Both the position numbers and the translations under genes were made by a program. 64,000 nucleotides of DNA from Eledone cirrhosa (Eukaryota): the NCBI GenBank assembly GCA_964016885.1, contig OZ024745.1, positions 11,594,001-11,658,000 on the forward strand, given 5' to 3'. The notes below the pieces were generated by a model. That model searched no databases. It saw only the letters and a list, made by a program, of their open reading frames with translations, and was not told the origin of the DNA. Positions 56,607 through 64,000 of the stretch are shown piece by piece (the first letter of the stretch is position 1; each line of letters opens with the position of its first letter).

Positions 56607-57450
56607 ATGTTAATCAACTTTAGATTTTAATTCATTATCTAATATATTTTGCGCGCACAAAACGAGAGAGATTGCGTTGAAGCAACAGCAATCTGTTGGC
56701 TGAACACAAGCGATCTCCACCTAGGGAGCAATCTGTTGGCTGAACACAACCGATCTCCACCTAGGGAACCTAACTTCATATTTCTTCCTTTATTATAGCA
56801 AAAGAAGATCTGATGATATAATTGAAAATAAATAGTTTACGGTATATTAGTTAATTTGTAAATGAGCTAGCACAAAGCTTTAGCAAACATTGCTATATCA
56901 CACCTATCACTTCTGTTTAACCATATAGAAATTCACAATTGAAACAGGCAGCTTCACAGGATGCCATTAATCGATAAATATACTTTCAATATTAAATAAA
57001 CATAAATATTTATATTCTGATATATTTGTTAGTTTTTAATTCATATTTAATGTAAATCACGAGATTTTTACTACTATCACACACACACACATATATAAAA
57101 ACATATACACATATACACACACACATATATACATACATATACACACACATACATACACACACATACACACACATATATATATGCATCAAACATAAAGTGT
57201 TTAATATCTGAATGTTTACGAGATGTATTTATTAATCAATTTAATCAACTTCAACATTCGTGTAGAGCTAGTAAGCCATGACAGATTAGTTGAGGAATCT
57301 GATTCTGTTTTACAATTAAGAAACAAAAAAAAAAAAGATATAAAGAGGGAGAAAAAGGAAAAGAAAGAGAAGGAAGAAAGAGTGAAAAGAAACAAAAATA
57401 CAAAAAAACGAGGAAAACAAAGACGGCTATAAAGCTTATGAAGGTTTCTG

Positions 57451-57486
<36 letters not shown>

Positions 57487-57487
<1 letters not shown>

Positions 57488-57672
57488 ACGAAGGACGTGT
57501 GGTAGGGAACCAGGTGAACCATAACGCACCAGAGTACTCGATACTTAGGGTAGTAGAGTGGATAATAGGAAAATGTTTAAGACCCCGACGGCAGAGTTCA
57601 AGCCGTTTCTGGACTCCAGAAATAGCCGTCGAAACGGCTTGAGCTCTGCCGTCGGGGTCTTGAATATTTTCC
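57487..57672 (-). mobile_element. Family A fold-back element
   Basis: Tail + arm / turn near 57614 / arm. Confidence 0.85.
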
Positions 57673-57731
57673 TATATATATATATATATATGCATGGTCT
57701 CAGCCGGATTGATGGAACAGGTAAAAGAGTA

Positions 57732-57765
<34 letters not shown>

Positions 57766-57896
57766 GTGAGGTATTTTTTACAAAATGAAAAATAACCGAG
57801 GTGTCCTACACGAGTGAAAGTATAAAGAAAAAGAGATGAAATCGAAAATGCAACTGAAGTCTTATTTTTTTAAAAAATATATATATTTATTTGGTT

Positions 57897-57934
57897 CCTT
57901 TACCGGTTTCGCAGTTCTTCTGCTTTTCAAAAGG
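57897..57934 (-). ncRNA. Minimal hammerhead ribozyme with U3-A8 core and palindromic stem III (family L, element about 57760-57968)
   Basis: Minus strand: CCTT-TTGAAAA-GCAG aagaa CTGC-GAA-ACCGGT-A-AAGG. Stems I and II pair perfectly. Confidence 0.85.
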
Positions 57935-57963
57935 TGAGTTGAGATGGAGGGTCTGTGGTTTTT

Positions 57964-58007
<44 letters not shown>

Positions 58008-58256
58008 GATATATTAAAAAAAAACAAATAAAGATTCAACGAGAATCGTATTTCGGCGGCAGGAAAAGCGAAGCGAAACGCAAAAATCAGAAATGATACT
58101 GACAAAGTGGTCAATAGTTAAAAACCAGAGCTAAACAATGTGTTAAGAAGCCATACAAAACTGAAAAGGTGGTCAAGAAGGCATTAACCACCCAAGCCAA
58201 AAACCAAATCAAGCTAAACAGGTCAAAACAAAATAACTGATAAAAAATAAATGATA

Positions 58257-58318
<62 letters not shown>

Positions 58319-58437
58319 CGGCCTGCCCACCCAGCCAGTGGGATGGCGTTATCTTATGGCTAAAACAGCACGACGTACTGTGACCAGCGGCGCCGAATGG
58401 ACGTCCGACAGACTGGTCGATCAAGGTGATCAAGGTG

Positions 58438-58476
<39 letters not shown>

Positions 58477-58482
58477 TATATA

Positions 58483-58818
58483 AAGGGTAAAGACCCCCTT
58501 CGGCCACGAATGACCATGGAATTTGCACCTAGAAAGTTTTCCTCCAAGGCACAAGTCCAGGCAAGGTTGTTTGTGGAAGACCAGTAGTCCCCCATGCATA
58601 CCAGTCTCCCTCTCCACGCCACCGATAAGGTCCAAGGGTAAGGCAATGGCCGATACAGCTTGGCACCAGTGACGTCGCAACTCATTTCTACAGCTGAGTA
58701 AACTGGAGCAACGTGAAATAAAGTGTCTTGCTCAAGGAAACAACACATCACCAGGTCCGAGAATTGAACTCACAACCTTTCGATTGCAAGCCCAATGCTC
58801 TAACCACTAAGCCATGTG
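58483..58818 (-). mobile_element. Apparently full-length tRNA-derived SINE (second family)
   Basis: Minus strand starts TGGCTTAGTGGTTAGAGC...GAGTTCAATTC (A and B boxes), then CCTTGAGCAAGACACTT...TCCAGTTTACTCAGCTGTA, a CORE-like domain. Confidence 0.85.
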
Positions 58819-59144
58819 TGAGTGTTCATCTGCCATGGTATATAGCATATGTTTATGTAGTGTTGATCAGTTAACTGAATATAATTATTAAAATCCTAAT
58901 GTGTTTCAATACTGAGAGAGGCTTAGATTTCCGAAGAACTGCATGGAATAATTTATAGAATGATCCTACATTAATACGGGATTTAAAAAAATCTCTTATT
59001 GTAATTTCCGTTGTGTGTTTCTATATTTCATGTAACGCTTAGAAGGTAATCAAAGCTCAACTAAAGAATGGCTGAGTGAATGGTGGCAGTAGGAGAATTG
59101 TTTAATCTATCAAACATACTCTCACTATCATACACATATCTATG

Positions 59145-59389
59145 GATGTTTGTGTATGTATGTCTATGTATAAATGTATGTTTGTGTATGTATGTTTGTG
59201 TATGTCTGTCTATGTATATATGTATGTTTGTGTATGTATGTCTATGTATATATGTATGTTTATGTATATATATATATATATATGTTTATGTATATATATA
59301 TATGTATGTTTATGTATATATATATGTATATATGTATGTTTATGTATATATATATATATATGTATGTTTATGTATATACATATATGTAT

Positions 59390-59463
<74 letters not shown>

Positions 59464-59628
59464 TTATGTATATATATATGTATGTTTATGTATATATGTG
59501 TGTATTTGTGTATGCATGTTTATGTATATATATATATCTATGTTTGTGTATGTATGTTTATGTATATATGTATGTTTGTATATTTATGTTTATGTATATA
59601 TATATATATGTATGTTTGTGTATGTGCA
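59145..59628. repeat. Compound (TA)n/(TATG/TTTATG) microsatellite
   Basis: Seen directly in the sequence. Confidence 0.95.
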
Positions 59629-60162
59629 CTTGGTAGTGTTTCGCAATATATATAAAAGTATGACAATAACTACATCTATGACAACAGGATGTGTCAGCGA
59701 CATATTAGGCAGGTCTATTTGATTTAATATTTGAGTACAATAAATATATTATCGTTATTCACAGATATACTAGTTAATATAATAATCACCATTCAATAAA
59801 TTTTATATTAAGATGAATCATAGTTTCAGACTAAAAGATATATTCAGATTAGTTTTCATCTCTGCTATTAATTTTATTTTTTAACACAAGAGTCAACGAG
59901 TACATCTGTTATTATATTTAAATCCTATCTTTTTTATCAATACCGATATAAATATATTCTACACAGCACCTTCAGTTCGTGGGCTTCAAATTTCTCTGAT
60001 TCAGATTTTCTTTCCAAGTTGTTTTTTTAAATTTTTTTTTTTTAAAGTTATTTTTCTAGGAAGTTACTTCAAATATATTCCGAACAGAAGATTTCTAGAA
60101 CCTTGGTTGCTCAATACTTAAGCATTTAATTCTAAAAATTAAAAAATTAACTAATGAAAAAA

Positions 60163-60217
<55 letters not shown>

Positions 60218-60462
60218 AAACGCCAGCGCCAACAGTTTTGCAAGAGATGTCAACATGAATGGACCTGTTATTTTTATCTAAAGACATTTTTTTCCAATTC
60301 CATCCCGCCCGTCCCCCCAATCTAACTTATTTCTCATTCTTTCTTCTGATGAAGGACTAGCGTCCGAAACGTTACGACCCTCTTCCTGCTATATCAAGCG
60401 TTACCTAATATATTCCTTCCATATACTGTACCGATTGTGTTGTTATTTCTGTTTACCTTTTA
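60218..60462 (+). mobile_element. Family F PLE-type 3' fragment with minimal HHR at 60342-60377
   Basis: CTGATGAAGGACTAGCGTCCGAAACGTT; homologous to 7960-8191. Confidence 0.85.
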
Positions 60463-60469
60463 TATATAT

Positions 60470-62108
60470 AATCATCATCATCATCATCAGGTTTAGCGTC
60501 CGTGTTCCACGCTTGCATGGGTTTGGACGGGGGTTTTCCCACTTGAGGCAAGAGTGGTTGTCTTGCTCGCATAGGACTGTCTGGCGGGTTTTCTACAGTT
60601 GGATGCCCTTCCTAACACCAACCACATTTACAGTGTGGGGCTGGGAGGTTTTTACCGTGTTGCCTACACGGCCACATTTACAGCGTGGACTGTGTGTTTT
60701 TTGTCGTGACACCTACACGATCTCATTTGTTTCGGCCTGGATGGTGTGGCACCAACACAACTTTACATTGAAAGGGGCGGTGTGGATGGGGTGGAGGTGG
60801 TGGGACGGGGGAGTGTTTTGATAGAGATGCCTACTGACTGTAGTAGGTTTTTACTTTGCATTTAGGTAAGGCGGGTCTTCTCTATTACTGAGTACCGCCA
60901 AAGGTCTCGGTCCAGTGACATTGTCTTGGAGAGGTGTAAGTGTGTGAGGTCGGAGTTTATCAGCTCGTCCCATGTTTTTCTGGGTCTGCCTACTCCGTGG
61001 CTACCGTCTATCTTTATTGCCCTGCACTTTGTTATACAGCTGTCGTCTTTCATGCGCATCACGTGACCGTACCAACGTAGCCTTCTCTCGAGTAAACAAT
61101 ATCTGATCCCTCTTATTTCTAATGTTTTCCTTAGTTCGTTTATGCTTTGCCGTTCACGTATATTACTATTGCACATCCAGCGGAGCATGCAAGCTTCGTT
61201 CCTCTCTAGTCTGCGTATATCCTCTGCACACAATGGCCAGGTCTCACTGCCATGCAGCATTGCTGTTCGTATGCAGGCATCGTATAACCTGCCTTTCATT
61301 TTTAGGGAGAACCCTCTAGTGGCTAATAGTGGTATAAGCTCTCTGAACTTTTTCCATCCAGTTCTGACTCTAGCTACTGTACTTTCAGAGCACCCTCCCC
61401 CACTGCTGATTTTGTCACCCAGGTAACGGAAGCTGTCCACTATTTCTATAGAACCCTCTGCGCAGTTGAAGGAGCTAGTATTTTGGGGCACTTGCTGCTA
61501 CTTATTGCACCAGAGCACCGGCCACATGTAAAATCTATGTTCTTAGTTAGCTTACCTGTGATCCCACTACATCTTTTATGCACCCATACTTTGCATTTGG
61601 GACATAAAATGGAGTTTCTACACACTTTCCTACACACTGAGCATGGCCATTTCCCAGATGGGACTGCCGCCTTATTTTCTTTCCTACAAACTAGAACTTT
61701 AGTCTTAGCCAGGTTAATTTTAAGGCCTTTTGATTCTAGGCCGTGCTTCCATGTTTGGAATTTCTTCTCTAGTTCGGTCATTGATTCAGCTATGAGCGTT
61801 AGATCATCTGCGTATAGGAGTTCCCATGGGCAGCCGGTCTTGAACTCCTCTGTTATAGCCTGAAGGGCAATAATAAATAGTAGGGGGCTAAGAACAGAGC
61901 CCTGATGGACACCAACTTTTACGCTAAACTCTTCACTATATTCGTTGTTAATTCTAACCTTACTGACTGTTTCTTTATACATGGCTTGTATAGCTCTCAC
62001 AAGCCATTCGTCAACACCTAGTTTTCTAAGAGACCACCAGATAATGGAACGGGGGACTCTGTCGAAGGCTTTCTCCAAGTCGACGAAAGCTAAGTATAGG
62101 GGTTTACT
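60470..62108 (-). mobile_element. 5'-truncated RTE-type LINE with an embedded PHD finger, one frameshift near 61480
   Basis: FVDLEKAFDRVP, GVHQGSVLSPLLF, LLYADDL, KTKVL, Cys/His finger, FRYLG, HGSETW, RLRWYGHVMRM, GRPRKTW; (GAT)n tail at 60470-60488. Confidence 0.93.
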
Positions 62109-62213
62109 ATATATATATATATATATATATATCATTTAGTAATATAGAAAGCTAAGTATAGGGGTTTACTATATATATATATATATATATATATATCATT
62201 TAGTAATATAGAA

Positions 62214-62380
62214 ATAGCTTCTACAGGACTAGAACTGTTTCATTCAAAAGAAATCACCAGGAAAGCTTTCGTGGTGATTTCTTTGGAATGAAAGAAGGCA
62301 TTTCTATATCAAACATGATGTTTACACTCTAATAATGTATTGAATACTTTACTTACTGTGGTTACGGCGTTTTGAATCCG
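62214..62380. mobile_element. Family M fold-back fragment; partial copy at 47510-47552
   Basis: TTTCATTCAAAAGAAATCACCA / TGGTGATTTCTTTGGAATGAAA arms. The minus strand of the left arm reads GAAA-CAG loop CTG-TA, the 3' half of an HHR. Confidence 0.55.
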
Positions 62381-62401
62381 ACACACGCACACACACACAC
62401 A

Positions 62402-62529
<128 letters not shown>

Positions 62530-62825
62530 TATCCATATATATATCCATATATATATCCATATATATATACATATATATATATATCACCACCTTTTAAAAC
62601 AAGATTATTTTAGACTAAACGCCAGCATCAACAGTTTTGCTAGAGTGGATGACATGAATGACCTGTTTTTTTCTCAAAATTTTTTTTTCTTTCGTTTTCA
62701 CCCCTGCCCGACTCCTCAACCTTTCTATTTTTTCTTTAATTAAGTAGTCAATGTCACGGCGACGCAAACTTTCAATTTCAATTTCTAAAAATACATAAAA
62801 ACATATATGTCTGTGTGTCTGTGTC

Positions 62826-62856
<31 letters not shown>

Positions 62857-62979
62857 ACACACATAGACACACACACAATATATATATATATATACATATT
62901 GTGTGTGTGTCTGTGTGTATATATATATGTGTGTGTGCGTGTGTGTGTGTATATCCAATACCAATGATATATATATACA

Positions 62980-63119
62980 GGAAAGTGTATGTCCCCGACG
63001 GCAGAGCTCAAGCCGTTTGGACGGCTATTTCTGTTTTCCTATTACCCCACTCTACTACCCTAAGTATTGAGTACTCTGGTGCGTTATGGTCCATCAGGTT
63101 CCTTACCACAACTCATTCG

Positions 63120-63121
<2 letters not shown>
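62980..63121 (+). mobile_element. Family A copy (inverted arm joined to the tail)
   Basis: Arm and tail sequences are as in 5254-5442, with the forward arm deleted. Confidence 0.8.
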
Positions 63122-63175
<54 letters not shown>

Positions 63176-63178
<3 letters not shown>

Positions 63179-63510
63179 GAGGTTATATTTAATTTGTTGG
63201 GATTCAACGAGCTTAAACATTTTTATAACTTATATAAAGCACTCAACAATGGAGTAAATACACAATATATTAATAAATGGAAACTATATTTATAAAACCA
63301 TATTTATTTTAATATACATATTTCAAGGGCAAACCAAGACAAATTATGGTGTCGCTTTCATCAGATAAAATACAGATTTGTTTTATAAATAAATATTGAC
63401 ATACCCGGAAAAAAGAGAACCTTAACGGTTGGAGCTTCCTGGATAGTGACTATCCAGGAAGCTCCAACCCTTAAGGTTGTCTTATAGTTTCCATTTATTA
63501 ATAAAATTGT
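63176..63510 (-). mobile_element. Family E fold-back element with an HHR at 63288-63390 (minus)
   Basis: Near-perfect palindrome at 63418-63479, and 63261-63288 is inverted at about 63484-63510. Minus strand: ATTTATAAAAC..TATTTTAT-CTGATGA-AAG...CTT-GAAA-TATGTA-TA-TTAAAATA..GTTTTATAAAT. Confidence 0.7.
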
Positions 63511-63525
63511 ATATATATATATTTA

Positions 63526-63576
<51 letters not shown>

Positions 63577-63589
63577 ATGTGAGTGAGTA

Positions 63590-63710
63590 AATAACATCGG
63601 ATAGAAGACTTTGCGGTATTCAAATTCCGCCGAAGTCAACTTTGCCTTTCACTCTTTCGATGTCGATAAAAAAGTACCAGTCTACTACTGGGGTTGATTC
63701 TTCCTCTATA
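63590..63710 (+). mobile_element. Nin/Deu-like SINE copy
   Basis: TTCAAATTCCGCCGAAGTCAACTTTGCCTTTCA...GTCGATAAAAAAGTACCAG. Other copies lie near 3590, 18400, 31330, 42880, 46000 and 52110 (minus). Confidence 0.75.
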
Positions 63711-63711
63711 C

Positions 63712-63817
<106 letters not shown>

Positions 63818-64000
63818 TATAATATTATAATGAAATGACAGGAGACTGGACTGGTGTAAATCCTTGAAAGGTTTATTATACTATGATCATTTCAATGACC
63901 GGGTTCCGTATGAATCCGGTGATATCATCAGGTATTCGGAATATAATACGTGAATGTAATAGATAAAATCATGGGGCTGAAAATCGAGGACTCGTTTATC

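Noticed and set aside
56688-56766. Local two-copy duplications (also about 26980-27068, 27092-27129, 62085-62210 and 8263-8346)
   Set aside because: These look like ordinary slippage-type duplications with no sign of function.
56805-56840. CTGATGA...GAAA hammerhead-like string
   Set aside because: No credible stem I, II or III pairing.
58740-58818. tRNA gene
   Set aside because: The A and B boxes continue into a SINE body with no proper acceptor stem, so this is a SINE head.

Overview
This is repeat-saturated, AT-rich animal DNA with no host exon I can support. It resembles a cephalopod (Octopus-type) genome, inferred from the SINE types and microsatellite load. Nearly all listed ORFs are microsatellite read-throughs. 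The real coding remnants are all retroelements: two Penelope-like elements (PLEs; a GIY-YIG ORF at 6283-7074 and a decayed RT plus GIY-YIG at about 13940-16080), a near full-length R4/Dong-type LINE (19.7-23.3 kb) with a second fragment, a CRE-type 3' end, and RTE-type LINEs, one with a PHD finger inside the RT region. There are also many tRNA-derived SINEs and an 11.1-kb satellite with a 38-bp unit. The main unannotated signal is about a dozen unrelated short elements embedded in (TA)n tracts. Many have a snap-back layout (inverted arm / turn / arm + unique tail), and most carry a hammerhead ribozyme (HHR) that can be folded by eye. At least three unrelated families replace the canonical CUGANGA core with UUGANAA, a compensatory U3-A8 pair. 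One family has CAGAAGA, and several close stem II with U-U. All folds were done by hand, and activity, novelty and clade assignments are untested.
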